This document shows positions 1 to 13,293 of a DNA stretch of 49,602 nt, piece by piece. The position numbers and the translations under genes were made by a program. The stretch covers positions 1-49,602 of the forward strand of contig CAXXET010000009.1 in NCBI GenBank assembly GCA_963666115.2. The letters are read 5' to 3'. The DNA is from Dehalococcoidia bacterium (GTDB taxonomy: Bacteria; Chloroflexota; Dehalococcoidia; UBA6926). Within the stretch, counting starts at the first letter, position 1. Each line of letters opens with the position of its first letter. The notes below the pieces were generated by a model that ran no database searches, was not told the DNA's origin, and worked only from the letters and a program-made list of their open reading frames with translations.

Positions 1-389
1 TAGTCGCGCTCACGGAGGTCTCGCAGCGCGGGCACAACGTCCGGGAAAACGGCGAAGCCCAAGCGGGTTTGCCGGACGCGCTCGAAGATGCGGATCGCCG
101 TGTCAAGGTCAACATCGACGCCAACGCGGGCGAGCAGCAGCATTTCGTACCTGCCCCAGAGTTGCCGCGCGTCCTCGGGCGTCCGGCGGCTCAGGGGCAG
201 TTTCCCGTTCTCCTCGGAGAGAAACTGGTCGGCAACGGGATAGGCGCGGAGGACGGCGTTGGCGTCCAGCGTGATGCCGAATTCGGCGCAGGCGGCAACC
301 TGTATCTGCTCACGCATCGGGTCGAACCTGACGATGGTGTTAAAGAAATCCAGAGAGACTGCCCGAATACGCGCCATAGCGTTACTCAT
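1..389 (-). CDS. HAD-superfamily hydrolase (5' part; runs off the window start)
   Basis: Manual translation, not in the ORF track: MSNAMARIRAVSLDFFNTIVRFDP...AVFPDVVPALRDLRERD. Has HAD motif I (DxxxT) and the typical FPDVVPALxxL segment; open frame to the window edge. Confidence 0.8.
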   Translation of the reverse strand, partial: MSNAMARIRAVSLDFFNTIVRFDPMREQIQVAACAEFGITLDANAVLRAYPVADQFLSEENGKLPLSRRTPEDARQLWGRYEMLLLARVGVDVDLDTAIRIFERVRQTRLGFAVFPDVVPALRDLRERD

Positions 390-445
390 CGTACCATCGG
401 CGGATTGGCGCGGCGGTTTTGGCTTGTGGCAGAGCAGTAAATCAC

Positions 446-474
446 TTGACCACGCGCCGCGCAGAACGTAGCAT
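446..474 (+). promoter_or_regulatory. sigma70-type promoter for the SWIM-finger gene
   Basis: TTGACC-17 nt-TAGCAT, then a GGAGG RBS before the ATG at 514. Confidence 0.55.
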
Positions 475-513
475 GACGCAATCCGATAGCAGCGCGGGCG
501 GACAGGAGGCACG

Positions 514-768
514 ATGAATTCCAGCCTGATCAGCAAGATCGAGAAGGCGCGGAAGTACGCCGAGGAGCGGGACGACCGGATCAGGTTCGAGTCGTTTCGC
601 GTCCGCGTCGTTGGCGACAACGACGAGCACATCGTTGAACTCGTGGACGGTGTGTTTACGTGCGACTGCGAATTCTTTGCGGGCTGGAGCTCGTGCAGTC
701 ACGTGATGGCGATCGAGCGCATCCTAGGCGGCACGATTCCGGAGCCACCCGTCGTTTCGCACCGCTAG
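514..768 (+). CDS. small SWIM zinc-finger-like protein
   Basis: 84 aa with CDC-x8-CSH (CxC-xn-CxH) motif; good RBS. Confidence 0.7.
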   Translation: MNSSLISKIEKARKYAEERDDRIRFESFRVRVVGDNDEHIVELVDGVFTCDCEFFAGWSSCSHVMAIERILGGTIPEPPVVSHR

Positions 769-809
769 CCGGGATGCCGCAGCTTTAGCGGCCGCATAGC
801 ACCACTGCC

Positions 810-2906
810 CTACGGCGCGAGGAATTGGACCGTCGGAGGCGGCGCGTCAAGCTGTTCAAGGAACGCCTCGACGGTTGTGACGGGCAGCATGCAGATGAAG
901 TTCTCGCAGACGTAGGCTGTCGCCTGGTCGTTTATCATCGAGCGGCCTTCCAACACGGGCAGGTCGCCCCACTCGAACGCCTCATCGGGGGTGGCGGCGA
1001 CCACGATCTTGTTGGGCATGAAGCGCGTGTAGAGGGCGTCCAGCAGTTCGCCCATATCCCCCGCCGCCCTGTCGCCAATCAGCGCAATCTCCTTGGTGGA
1101 GCCGATGGCGAAATCGAGCGCGGCGAGCCAGTGGCCGACTGCCGTCGGGTAGCGCTCCATGTACATGTGAACGCTGCGGAGCGCGCGTTCCGCGATTTTG
1201 TGGTAGGCGCCGTTGCCGGTGAGGGCGTGGAGGCGGAGGAGGAGTTCCGCTGCCGCCGCGCCGCCGGATGGCGTGGCGTTGTCCAGCACGGTGCGGGGGC
1301 GAACCACGAGCAGCTCCGCGTCACTGCCGATGTCATAGAAGATCGATGTTGAGTCGTCCCAGAAGAGTTCGATGATGCTGTCCGCCAATGACACGGCCTC
1401 GTCCAACCAGCGCCGGTCAAAGGTGATTTCAAAGAGCGAGAGCAGGCCGTTGGCGAGGTTGGCGTGGTCTTCGAGATAGGCGGCGATGCGGGCCTCGCCG
1501 TCCTTGTACGTTCGCAGCAGGCGTCCCTCCGGCGTCCGCATCGTGTCCACGAGGAATGCTGCCTGGTTCTCGGCGGTGGCGCGGTAGTCCGCCCTGCCGA
1601 GCGCGCCGGCCGTTTCGGCAATCGCGCGCAGCATCAGGCCGTTCCAGCCCGCCAGTATCTTCTCGTCGCGGAACGGCCTCACCCTGCCCTCCCTCGCCTC
1701 CAGCAGAGTCTGGCGCGAGCGGGCGAGCGATACGCTCACGTCATCAACTGATATGCCGTGGCGCGCGGCGAGTTCATCATCGGACGCGACGCGGCTGAGG
1801 ACGGAGGAGCCGCTGCTTTCAAAGTTGCCTGGCTCCGTGACACCGTAGGCGTCACAGAAGAGAGCGGCGGCGGACTCATCGCCGAGGGCGGCGGCGATTT
1901 CGGCGGGCGTCCAGACGTAGAACTTGCCCTCTTCGCCCTCGCTGTCAGCGTCCAGCGTGGAGTAGAACCCGCCCTCAGGGGACAGCATTTTCCTCAGCAG
2001 GAAATCCACGGTTTCCTCGACGATGCGCCGGAAGTCGTCGCGTTTGGTGAGCTGCCATGCGTGGAGATAGACGTTCGTTAGCAGCGCGTTGTCATAGAGC
2101 ATCTTTTCAAAGTGGGGAACGAGCCATTGGGCGTCCGTGCTGTAGCGGTGGAATCCGCCACCGAGTTGGTCGTACAGCCCGCCCGCCGCCATGTGCTCCA
2201 GCGTGGTATCAAGAATGGCGCGGGCATTGGCGTCGCCATCGTTGGCGGAGATATAGCGCATCAGGAATTCCAGCAGCATGGGCTGGGGGAACTTCGGCGC
2301 GGCCATGAACCCGCCGTTGGCCGCGTCAAAGGCGCTGCTGAGACGCGTGAAGGCCTCCGCAAAAAGGTCTTTGGACAGCAGGGAGTCCTGGCCGCTGGAG
2401 GCGACGGTGGCGCGGCGGAGGTGGTCGACGATGTTCTGCCCCGCCTGCTTGATCTCCGTCTTGCGCGCCTTGTATGCGTCAAGCACGGTGTTGAGGACCC
2501 GCGGGAAGCCGGGCATGCCGGGGCGGTCCTCCGGGGGGTAGTAGGTGCCGCCGAAGAACGGCGAGCCGTCCGGCGTCAGGAACACGCTCAGCGGCCAGCC
2601 GCCGTGGCCGGACAGCGCCTGCACGGCGTCCATGTACACGGAGTCAATGTCCGGCCTCTCTTCGCGGTCTACCTTGATGGATACGAAGTTGTCGTTGAGG
2701 AGCCTGGCCGTGTCCTGATTCTCAAACGATTCGCGCTCCATCACGTGGCACCAGTGGCAGGAGGAGTAGCCGATGCTGAGGAAGATGGGGACGTCGCGCT
2801 GCTGCGCCGCAGCCAGCGCCTCCTGCCCCCACGGATACCAGTCTACGGGGTTATGCGCGTGCTGCTGCAGGTACGGGCTTGTCTCGTCGATCAGGCGGTT
2901 CGGCAC
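810..2906 (-). CDS. thioredoxin-domain protein, YyaL/SSP411 (DUF255) family
   Basis: [58 protein letters not shown]. Confidence 0.95.
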   Translation of the reverse strand: MPNRLIDETSPYLQQHAHNPVDWYPWGQEALAAAQQRDVPIFLSIGYSSCHWCHVMERESFENQDTARLLNDNFVSIKVDREERPDIDSVYMDAVQALSGHGGWPLSVFLTPDGSPFFGGTYYPPEDRPGMPGFPRVLNTVLDAYKARKTEIKQAGQNIVDHLRRATVASSGQDSLLSKDLFAEAFTRLSSAFDAANGGFMAAPKFPQPMLLEFLMRYISANDGDANARAILDTTLEHMAAGGLYDQLGGGFHRYSTDAQWLVPHFEKMLYDNALLTNVYLHAWQLTKRDDFRRIVEETVDFLLRKMLSPEGGFYSTLDADSEGEEGKFYVWTPAEIAAALGDESAAALFCDAYGVTEPGNFESSGSSVLSRVASDDELAARHGISVDDVSVSLARSRQTLLEAREGRVRPFRDEKILAGWNGLMLRAIAETAGALGRADYRATAENQAAFLVDTMRTPEGRLLRTYKDGEARIAAYLEDHANLANGLLSLFEITFDRRWLDEAVSLADSIIELFWDDSTSIFYDIGSDAELLVVRPRTVLDNATPSGGAAAAELLLRLHALTGNGAYHKIAERALRSVHMYMERYPTAVGHWLAALDFAIGSTKEIALIGDRAAGDMGELLDALYTRFMPNKIVVAATPDEAFEWGDLPVLEGRSMINDQATAYVCENFICMLPVTTVEAFLEQLDAPPPTVQFLAP

Positions 2907-2939
2907 GCTGTCATTGACTCCTTCATGCTGCCCGGGGGG

Positions 2940-3683
2940 CTAGTCGTTCTCGCCCTGGGACCACTGCCACAGGGGCGGCTTGATGCGTTCAAGAACGAGA
3001 ATGCCCTTGCGCGTATCGCTTGCCAGGCGCGCCGGATCGCTCTTTGAGACGCGGCGCTTGAACAGCCAATAGGTGAGCGCCTTGTATTCGTCAAGCGACG
3101 AGCGGACGGGCGCGCTGCCCTTTCGGCCCGTTGCCAGGCGGAACTCTGTTCGGAGGTCACCGATGGGCGCGCCATAGAGGCGGCTCATGGCCTCATCCTC
3201 GATGTAGGTTTCACGCGCGCCGAGGTTCTGCTGCGCCTTGGCAACCTCTTCAATGTTGGCCTGCTGCAAGGCCTCTTCAACGACAATGCCGTAGAGGTAG
3301 TTGAGGTGGGCGGCGTGTTTGCCGTGTCCGATTGCGCGGCGGAAGAGTTCCGCGTTGATGTGGACGGGGGCGCCGCCCTTGAACAGCAGGCGGGTGGCCT
3401 CTTTTTCCGGGACAAGATCGCCCGCCGCCTCGATGAGCCGTTCGGCCAGCAGCAGCCAGTCAAAGGCCTCGCCGGCGATGACATAGGTATACGTTCGGCC
3501 TTTCAGATCCTCGTTCGGCGCGTGCCACTCCGCGACGGCGTTGAGTAATGCCAGGAACCAGTTCTCGCCGCCGCGCACGTTCTCCATAAAGGAGTCGATT
3601 ATCTCCTGCGTTGACCGGAGTTCGGGCGCGCCGCTGAGATGCGGAGCCTCAACGTCGATGACGGTCTGGGCGGAGGCGGACAT
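2940..3683 (-). CDS. conserved hypothetical protein, translationally coupled to secA
   Basis: ATG at 3683 overlaps the secA stop (TGATG); globular-looking sequence (GEAFDWLLLAERL). Confidence 0.75.
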   Translation of the reverse strand: MSASAQTVIDVEAPHLSGAPELRSTQEIIDSFMENVRGGENWFLALLNAVAEWHAPNEDLKGRTYTYVIAGEAFDWLLLAERLIEAAGDLVPEKEATRLLFKGGAPVHINAELFRRAIGHGKHAAHLNYLYGIVVEEALQQANIEEVAKAQQNLGARETYIEDEAMSRLYGAPIGDLRTEFRLATGRKGSAPVRSSLDEYKALTYWLFKRRVSKSDPARLASDTRKGILVLERIKPPLWQWSQGEND

Positions 3684-6361
3684 CAGGCGCCGACCCCGTG
3701 GCACTTCTTGTACTTGAGGCCACTGCCGCAGAAACAGGGATCATTGCGGCCAAGCTTGGGCGCTGCGCGGCGGACGGGGCCGCGCGCCGTTTGCGCGTCC
3801 GGCGCCTGACCTGCCGCGTCGCGCTGCTGGGAGGCCATCGGGCTTTCCGCGACAGCGCCCCGGGCCGCCACAACGCCGTTTGGCGCAACACCATTGGCCG
3901 CCGCGACGCGGCGCGCCGGCTGCGCCGTCACGTCGAGATGAAGCACGGTGCGGACGATGCCGTTGCGCAGCCGGTCCATCAGCTCCTGGAACATGCCGTG
4001 GCTTTCCTGCCGGTACATGACCAGCGGGTTGCGCTGGCCGTATGCTTGCAAGCCCGCACTCATCCGCATCTGTTCCATGGCGGTCAGGTGCTGCACCCAG
4101 AGGTTGTCGAGCGTCTGCAATAGGACAAGGCTTTCCAGTTCCCGCAGTCGTTCCGCCCCAACCTGCCCCTCGATTTCCTCATGGACGGCCAGCGCGTATT
4201 CGACCAACTCATCAGTGATCTCCGTTCGCGTCAGGTCGAGTATTTGGCCTGCTTCAAGCCAGTCGGGCGGGGGAAAGGCGGCGCGGGCGGCAGCCACGAA
4301 TCCCTCGATGTCCCAGTTGGCGGGGTCGCGGTCTGCCAGGTGCGCGTCAACGACGGCGGCGCACTCGTCGGCAATCATCTGCCGGATGTTGTCGCGCAAG
4401 TCCTCCGATTGCAGGACCTTGGCGCGCTCCGAATAGACGATGGTGCGCTGGCGGTTGATGACGTCGTCGTATTCGACGAGGTGCTTTCGCACTTCAAAGT
4501 TGTTGCCCTCAACGCGGACCTGGGCATTTTCGAATGCGCGCGAGACCATGCGGTTCTCTACGGCATCGTCATCCTTGAGGCCGGACCACGACATGATCGA
4601 CTTGACACGGTCGCCGCCGAACCGCTTGATGATCTCATCCTCGAGTGAGACGTAGAACTGGGACGCGCCCGGGTCGCCCTGACGGCCCGCGCGGCCCCGG
4701 AGCTGGTTGTCGATGCGCCGGGCCTCATGCCGTTCGGTGCCAAGGATGAACAGGCCGCCCAAGTTGAGCACCTCATCATGCTCGCGCTGCCATTCGTCCT
4801 GCTCGCGGCCCTCCGGGCTGCCGCCGAGGATGATGTCCGTGCCGCGTCCGGCCATGTTCGTGGACACAGTGATCGCGCCAAGCCGTCCGGCCTGGGCAAT
4901 GATCTGCGCCTCGCGGTCATGCTGTTTGGCGTTCAGGACTTCATGCTCCAGCCCCTCGCGGCGGAGGAGGGAACTCAGTCGTTCCGACGTATCGATGGAC
5001 GCAGTGCCCACGAGGACGGGCCTGCCCTCATCGTGCAGTTCCCTCAGAGTGCGGACAATGGCCTTGAACTTGCCGTCCTCGTTCAGGTAGATGAGGTCGG
5101 GGTGGTCCTCCCGCACGGAGGGCTTGTTGGTGGGGATGGGCAGAGGATCGAGGCTGTAGATTTTGAGGAACTCCTCCGCCTCGGTGGATGCGGTGCCGGT
5201 CATGCCGGCGAGCCGCTCGTACATGCGGAAATAGTTCTGGAGGGTGATGGTGGCAAGGGTCATGGACTCCCGCCGGATTTCCACGTTCTCCTTCGCCTCG
5301 ATGGCCTGGTGCAGGCCCTCCGAGTAGCGGCGCCCCGGCATCAGGCGGCCCGTGAACTCATCGACGATGACCACCTCGCCGTCGCCGTTGACGACGTATT
5401 CCTTGTCGCGGTGGAAGACGAACTCGGCCTTGAGCGCGTTTTCAAGGAAATGAACCGCCGTGTAGTGCTCCGGCGCATAGAGGTTGTCGATGCTCAGCGC
5501 GCGCTCGATCCTGGTGATGCCGTCCTCCGTCAGGGAGACGGCGCGCGTCTTGGGGTCGATTGCGAAATCGTCCTCCTCCGTCAGGCGGCGCGCCAACTGG
5601 GCGAACTGGCCGTAGCTCTGCGTCGGGGTCTGGGCCGGGCCGCTGATAATGAGCGGCGTGCGGGCCTCGTCGATAAGGATGTAATCGACCTCATCCACGA
5701 TTGCGTAGACAAGCTCGCGCTGGACGCGCTGCTCCGCGGTCAGGGCCAGGTTGTCGCGGAGGTAGTCAAAGCCGAACTCGGAGTTTGTGCCGTACGTGAT
5801 GTCCGCGGCGTACGCCTCCTGCCGGTGAACGGGCCGCATGAGCTCATCCGGGTCCTGGTTGTCCGGGTCATACAGCAGGGACGCGTCGTGCTGGAGGCAG
5901 GCAACGGATATGCCGAGCGCGTGGTAGACCGCGCCCATCCATGAGGCGTCGCGGCGGGCGAGATAGTCGTTCACCGTGATGACATGGACGCCCCTGCCCG
6001 TCACGGCGTTCAGGTACACGGGGAGCGTGGCGACGAGCGTCTTTCCCTCACCCGTCCGCATCTCTGCGATGCGCCCCTGGTGCAGGGCGATGCCGCCGAT
6101 CATCTGCACGTCAAAGTGCCTCATGCCAAGCGCGCGCTTGGACGCCTCGCGCACGGCGGCGAATGCCTCCGGCAGGAGATCATCCAGCGTTTCCTTGCCC
6201 GCCAGGCGCTCTCGAAACGCGGCGCTCATTCCCCGCAGCTCATCATCGCTGAGGCGGGAGAACCGCCCCTCAAGCGCGTTGATTTCGTCCACGGCGGGAC
6301 GCATGCGCTTGACGGCGCGTTCGCTGCCGTCGCCCAGCATCTTGCGGAGTTTGCTGATCAC
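3683..6361 (-). CDS. secA: preprotein translocase ATPase SecA
   Basis: MRTGEGKTL Walker [31 protein letters not shown]-terminal [19 protein letters not shown]. Confidence 0.99.
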   Translation of the reverse strand: MISKLRKMLGDGSERAVKRMRPAVDEINALEGRFSRLSDDELRGMSAAFRERLAGKETLDDLLPEAFAAVREASKRALGMRHFDVQMIGGIALHQGRIAEMRTGEGKTLVATLPVYLNAVTGRGVHVITVNDYLARRDASWMGAVYHALGISVACLQHDASLLYDPDNQDPDELMRPVHRQEAYAADITYGTNSEFGFDYLRDNLALTAEQRVQRELVYAIVDEVDYILIDEARTPLIISGPAQTPTQSYGQFAQLARRLTEEDDFAIDPKTRAVSLTEDGITRIERALSIDNLYAPEHYTAVHFLENALKAEFVFHRDKEYVVNGDGEVVIVDEFTGRLMPGRRYSEGLHQAIEAKENVEIRRESMTLATITLQNYFRMYERLAGMTGTASTEAEEFLKIYSLDPLPIPTNKPSVREDHPDLIYLNEDGKFKAIVRTLRELHDEGRPVLVGTASIDTSERLSSLLRREGLEHEVLNAKQHDREAQIIAQAGRLGAITVSTNMAGRGTDIILGGSPEGREQDEWQREHDEVLNLGGLFILGTERHEARRIDNQLRGRAGRQGDPGASQFYVSLEDEIIKRFGGDRVKSIMSWSGLKDDDAVENRMVSRAFENAQVRVEGNNFEVRKHLVEYDDVINRQRTIVYSERAKVLQSEDLRDNIRQMIADECAAVVDAHLADRDPANWDIEGFVAAARAAFPPPDWLEAGQILDLTRTEITDELVEYALAVHEEIEGQVGAERLRELESLVLLQTLDNLWVQHLTAMEQMRMSAGLQAYGQRNPLVMYRQESHGMFQELMDRLRNGIVRTVLHLDVTAQPARRVAAANGVAPNGVVAARGAVAESPMASQQRDAAGQAPDAQTARGPVRRAAPKLGRNDPCFCGSGLKYKKCHGVGA

Positions 6362-6363
6362 GG

Positions 6364-7272
6364 CTAGCGACTCCCGCCGATCACCGTTTCAAGGACATGC
6401 GTCATCACCCCGAGGCCGACGCGGTTGCGGCCCAGATACGCCGCGCGGGGGTCCGCGTCGAACCACTCCGGCAACTCCACCGTGCGCGGCATGGGATGCA
6501 GCACGATGGCGTCCGGATTCAAGTCCTGTTGCGTCTTTTCCGTCATGATGATTGGCCTGTTCGCAGAGCCGCGCTCTGCCTGAACCCGCGTCATGTAGAG
6601 GACATCGGTTTCCTTAAGGATACCGCGAGTCAGGAAATCGGTCTCCTTTAGCTGCGGAGCGGTCTGGCGGACGGTCAATGAGGCGAGGTCTGACGAGAGG
6701 CGCAGCCCGGGATCGGTGACGACGATGATGCGGTTATCGAACAGCGCGAGTGCCATGATGAGGCTGTGGATGGTGCGGCCATGCAGCGCGTCTCCCGTCA
6801 TGGTGACGTTCAGCCCGCTCAGCCTCCCGAACCGCGTATGGATCATGGCGAGATCGATGAGCGTCTGGACAGGGTGCTCCCCCGCGCCGTTGCCGGCGTT
6901 GATGACCGGGCAGGTGCTCGCCGCCGTGGCAACGGTCATGGATTCCGTGTCCGGGTGGCGGAGGATCAGCGTGGCGATGCCGTAGTCGGCAAGCACACGG
7001 ATCGTATCGGTTAGACTCTCGCCCTTGCTGACCGAACTGGCGTGGACATCGAGCGGGATGACGTCCAGGCCAAGGGCGCGGGCGGCGAATTGGAATCCCA
7101 GTCGCGTCCGCGTGCTCGCTTCATAGAACGCAGTGGCTACGGCACGACCATCCGGCGCTGGGGGCGCAGTGTCGTCCGGCAGCGGTCGTTCGGAAAGTTG
7201 CCTGACGGTCAGTGAAAGAGCCTCAGCCGACATGCCCTGCAGGGTGACGAATGACTTGCCTTCGGCTAACAC
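6364..7272 (-). CDS. pyrB: aspartate carbamoyltransferase catalytic subunit (divergent)
   Basis: [44 protein letters not shown]. Start placed at GTG 7272 behind an AGGAGG RBS. Confidence 0.85.
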   Translation of the reverse strand: MLAEGKSFVTLQGMSAEALSLTVRQLSERPLPDDTAPPAPDGRAVATAFYEASTRTRLGFQFAARALGLDVIPLDVHASSVSKGESLTDTIRVLADYGIATLILRHPDTESMTVATAASTCPVINAGNGAGEHPVQTLIDLAMIHTRFGRLSGLNVTMTGDALHGRTIHSLIMALALFDNRIIVVTDPGLRLSSDLASLTVRQTAPQLKETDFLTRGILKETDVLYMTRVQAERGSANRPIIMTEKTQQDLNPDAIVLHPMPRTVELPEWFDADPRAAYLGRNRVGLGVMTHVLETVIGGSR

Positions 7273-7291
7273 CCCGGCCGCCTCCTGCCTC

Positions 7292-8242
7292 CTATCCCTG
7301 GAACATCTCCCCGACCGAGCGATTGAAGTGAATGCGCCGGATGGCCTCTCCCAGGAGCGGCGCAACGGACACGACCTTGATGTTCATGCCGTCCGTGTTC
7401 TTGTTGTCGATGGGCAGGGTGTCCGATACGACAAGCTGATCGATTCCGCTGTTTCGCAGGCTGCCGCTGCCTGGCTCGGACAGGACGGGGTGTGTCACGG
7501 CGGCGGAGACGCTGGTCGCGCCATGCTCCAGGAGGGTTTCCGCCGCCGCCACGAGCGAGCCGCCCGTGTTGACCTCGTCATCGACGATGATTGCCTTGCG
7601 GCCTTTCACGTCGCCAATCACGGTGACGCTCTCAGAGCGGTCGCTGTTGCCAAGCCGGCGCTTCTCGATGATGGCCAGCGGCTCGCCCCATCGCTCCGCC
7701 ACGTCCCGCGCGCGCTTCGTGCTGCCCACGTCCGGGGCGACGACCACGCCTGCGCCGTCCGAATCAAGGAAATAGTCCGCAATCAACGGAGTCGCTGTCA
7801 GTTCATCGACGGGAACATTGAAGAATCCCTGGATCTGCCCGGCGTGCAGATCAACGGTGAGGACGCGCTCCGCGCCCGCCACCTGGATGAGGTCGGCGAC
7901 GAGTCGTCCGGTGATTGGAACGCGGGGCTGGTCTTTCTTGTCCGTGCGGCCATAGGCGTAATAGGGGATGACAGCAGTGACGCGGCCTGCCGAGGCGCGT
8001 TTGGCCGCGTCCACCATGATCAGGAGCTCCATGATGTTCTGGTTCACGGGGCTTGAGAACGGCTGAACCAGGAAAACATCGCGGCCCCTGATATTCTCCT
8101 GGAACCGCACAAAGATGTTCTCATTGGAGAACTGGAAGACTTCAACCTCTCCGGGCTCGATATCCAGGTATTGGCACACGTCCTTGGCGAGAGCCTGGTG
8201 GGCATTGCCCGAAAAAATCCGCAAGTCAGAATTCTGGTACAC
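7292..8242 (-). CDS. prs: ribose-phosphate pyrophosphokinase
   Basis: VIPYYAYGRTDKKDQPRVPI, DLHAGQIQGFF, IIVDDEVNTGGS. Confidence 0.97.
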   Translation of the reverse strand: MYQNSDLRIFSGNAHQALAKDVCQYLDIEPGEVEVFQFSNENIFVRFQENIRGRDVFLVQPFSSPVNQNIMELLIMVDAAKRASAGRVTAVIPYYAYGRTDKKDQPRVPITGRLVADLIQVAGAERVLTVDLHAGQIQGFFNVPVDELTATPLIADYFLDSDGAGVVVAPDVGSTKRARDVAERWGEPLAIIEKRRLGNSDRSESVTVIGDVKGRKAIIVDDEVNTGGSLVAAAETLLEHGATSVSAAVTHPVLSEPGSGSLRNSGIDQLVVSDTLPIDNKNTDGMNIKVVSVAPLLGEAIRRIHFNRSVGEMFQG

Positions 8243-8293
8243 CCCGCCCCCTTGCCTGCCCCGTTCGCTAACCCCTGCCCCGCCTCAGTATAG

Positions 8294-9642
<1,349 letters not shown>

Positions 9643-9643
<1 letters not shown>

Positions 9644-9674
9644 GGGGTAGATTCCCGCTTTCGCGGGAATGACA
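9643..9674. repeat. REP-like palindrome, ATTCCC-N8-GGGAAT type
   Basis: GGGGGTAGATTCCCGCTTTCGCGGGAATGACA between convergent purA and dapA; shares GATTC...GAATGACA ends with the family A repeats. Confidence 0.75.
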
Positions 9675-9689
9675 GAGGTAGAGCGGCCG

Positions 9690-10666
<977 letters not shown>

Positions 10667-11418
10667 CTAGTAGGTGCGGCCGGCGGGGCGCGGGCCGAAG
10701 ATTGCGGTTCCAAGCCGCACGATGGTAGAGCCTTCCTGGATCGCGGCCTCATAGTCGCCTGACATTCCCATCGAAAGGTAGCGCAGATTCGCCGCAGGGG
10801 CCGAATTCGAGAGTTCGTCCCGTATCTCTCTCAGGCGTCGGAACGCCGGCCGGGCCGCTTCGTTCTCACCCGCCATCGGTCCGACAGTCATCAGGCCGAC
10901 CACGTTCAGATTTGGCAGCTCGATGATGCGCCGCGCATCGTCATGAACGCAGCGACGGATTCGTTGTTTCTCTCCAACGGCAGCTTGAAGCCTTCGCGCT
11001 GGGACGTGTTCGTAAAGTCGATTTCAAGCAGCACGTCAACCGGCGCCGACTCTGATTGCTCAATACGCCGGTTGAGCGCTTCGGCGAGGCGGAGGGAATC
11101 GACGGTGTCGATGGCCTGAAAGACCTCCAGTGCCTGCCGCACCTTGTTGCGCTGGAGGTGGCCGATCATGTGCCAGGCGGGGGACGTGACGCCCTGCTCT
11201 GCCGCCAGCGCGTTTGTCGCCGCGATCTTGGGGGCGGCCTCCTGCACCCAATTCTCGCCGAAGTGGGTCAGGCCGTGCTGGATTGCGGCTACCACGCGCT
11301 CCGGCTCAACACCCTTGGTCGCGCCGTGCAGCGCAACGGACTGCGGATCGCGTCCGGCGTCGGCTGCAATGTCAGCCATGCGCTGTTGGAGGCGCGCGAT
11401 GTTGTCGCCTATGGCCAC
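10667..11418 (-). pseudogene. yggS: PLP homeostasis protein YggS/PROSC, one -1 frameshift near 10942 (probably sequence error)
   Basis: GATK, FGENWVQE, WHMIGHLQRNK in ORF 10906-11418; GLMT and LSMGMSGDYEAAIQEGSTIVRLGTAIFG in ORF 10667-10903. Confidence 0.9.
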
Positions 11419-12439
11419 GGCGTGCCTTTTGCCAGGAGTTCAGCGATCTGAATTGTGTTCGTCGCCGCGCCCTTGCGGATGTTGTCGGACACCACCCACA
11501 TGGAGAGGCCGTTGTCCAGCGCAGTGTCGCGGCGGATTCGTCCAACGAAGACCTCGTCCCTGCCCTGGGCGTCGATGGCCATGGGGTAGGCGCTCATGGA
11601 GGGATCGTCCGTGACGATGACGCCTGGCGCGGCGGCGAGAATATCGCGCGCGTCGGATGGCGTGATGGGGTTGGCGAACTCCACGTGGACGGCCTCGGAA
11701 TGGGCGAACGCGGCAGGGATGCGGACGCAGGTGGCGGAGACGGCAATCTCCGGCGCGTGCATGATCTTCCGCGTCTCTCGCACCATCTTGATTTCCTCTT
11801 TGGTGTAGTCGTCCTCTTCAAAGACATCGATCTGGGGAATGGCGTTGAAGGCGATGCGGTGCGGGAATGCGCTCGGCTGCGCCTCTTCGCCGTTCAGCAC
11901 GCCGCGCGACTGCTCCAACATCTCTTCGAGCGCCAACCGCCCCGCCCCGGACGCGGACTGATACGTGTCCACGATGATGCGCCTGATTGGGTTTTCGCGG
12001 TGCAGCGGCCACAGGGCGACGACCATCTGGATGGTGGAACAATTGGGATTGGCGATAATGCCGTTGTGATCCAGGGGCGTCGTCGGGATTGACCTCCGGC
12101 ACGACGAGCGGCGTGCGGGCGTCCATGCGCCACGCGGACGAGTTATCGACGACGACCGCGCCGCGCTTTGCGGCCTCCGGCGCAAGCTGCTTGCTCGTGC
12201 CGCCGCCTGCGGAGAACAACGCGATGTCGATGCCCTCGAATGCATCCGAGGTGGCCTCGATGACCTGATGCTCGTCGCCCATCGCCCTGAGACGCTTGCC
12301 CGCGGACCGCGCGGAGGCCATGAGCGTCAGGGACGACATGGGAAAGCCGCGCTCCTCCAGGATGTTGATGAACGTCTCACCGACGAGGCCGGTTTGCGCC
12401 GACGATCGCGACGCGTGGTCGATCACTGTTCGCCATCAT
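11409..12439 (-). pseudogene. asd: aspartate-semialdehyde dehydrogenase, two +1 frameshifts (probably sequence errors)
   Basis: Repaired sequence: MANSDRPRVAIVGATGLVG...DNSSAWRM..PLVVPEVN..IIANPNCSTIQM..YQSASGAG..DNIRKGAATN. Extra bases at TTT 12393-12395 and GGGG 12074-12077. Confidence 0.9.
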
Positions 12440-13250
12440 TCCCCTTTCTGCTCCGGCCACAGCAGCGCGCCGAGGCCGTATACCAGTTTGCCGGCATTAT
12501 TCCCCACCTCGCGGATGGCGAGCAGGACGCCGGGCATATAGCTTTCCCTGTCTATTACATCATGGCGGAGCGTGAGCGTCTCGCCCGGCCCGCCGAGAAG
12601 CACCTGCTGATGCGCCATGAGGCCCGGCATTCGCACGGAGTGGACAGCGACGCCGTCTACGCTGCCGCCGCGAACGTCATCCACGTTAACCACCTTCGGC
12701 TCAACGTTCGCGAAACGCCTTGCCGCCGCGTCTGGCCAGCATGGCGCGGGCGGTGGCTATCGCGCTGCCGGAGGGGGCGTCGGCTTTTCCGGCGTGGTGC
12801 ATCTCGATGATTTCCGCGTGGTCGAAGTGGCGGGCTGCCTCAGCGACGACGTTTTCGAGGACGGCAGCGCCGAGGCTAAAGTTGGGGCCGACCATGACGC
12901 CGATGTTGTGTTCTTCAGCGATTTTGCGGAGGTCTTCAAGGATTTCGGGGGTGAGGCCGCTTGTGCCGGTGACGACGTGGGCGTTGTGCTGGGCGGCGAG
13001 TTGGGCGGTGGGGAGGACGGCGTCGCGGATTGTGAAGTCTACGACGACGTCCGGCGCGGTTTCACGGAGCAAATCGTCAAGGTTGCCGTGCTCTGTCACG
13101 TCACCGTTTGGGGCGTGGGCACGGAAAAAACGACCTGCTAACCGAAGCGGCTAGCGCCATGTCCTCCGCGTTGGCGATGGCGTTCAGCAGAACGCGCCCC
13201 ATCCGGCCTGTTGCGCCGTGGACAGCGACGGTGATTTGGGGAGTGGCCAT
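12436..13250 (-). pseudogene. dapB: 4-hydroxy-tetrahydrodipicolinate reductase, split in three frames (probably sequence errors)
   Basis: VHGATGRMG, VVDFT, GTSG, PNFSLG, EIIEMHHAGKADAPSGSA, HSVRMPG..AHQ.V. Breaks lie in homopolymers at 13107-13130 and AAA 12713-12715. Confidence 0.9.
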
Positions 13251-13283
13251 GGGGGTAGATTCTTCGCTGCGCTCAGAATGACA
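13251..13283. repeat. REP-like palindrome family A, copy 1
   Basis: GGGGGTAGATTCTTCGCTGCGCTCAGAATGACA; core identical to copies at 23784 and 34022. Confidence 0.8.
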
Positions 13284-13293
13284 CGGCGGGCTG

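Noticed and set aside
4727-5944. Long antisense ORFs (also 14413-15684, 18609-19709, 26571-27935, 29850-31187)
   Set aside because: Shadow frames opposite well-supported genes; expected in high-GC DNA and without recognisable motifs.
7273-7365. Upstream extensions given by the ORF track for pyrB (likewise purA 8312, M20 47119, MBL 46349, protease 49153)
   Set aside because: They overlap neighbouring genes or lack an RBS; downstream starts match family N-termini.
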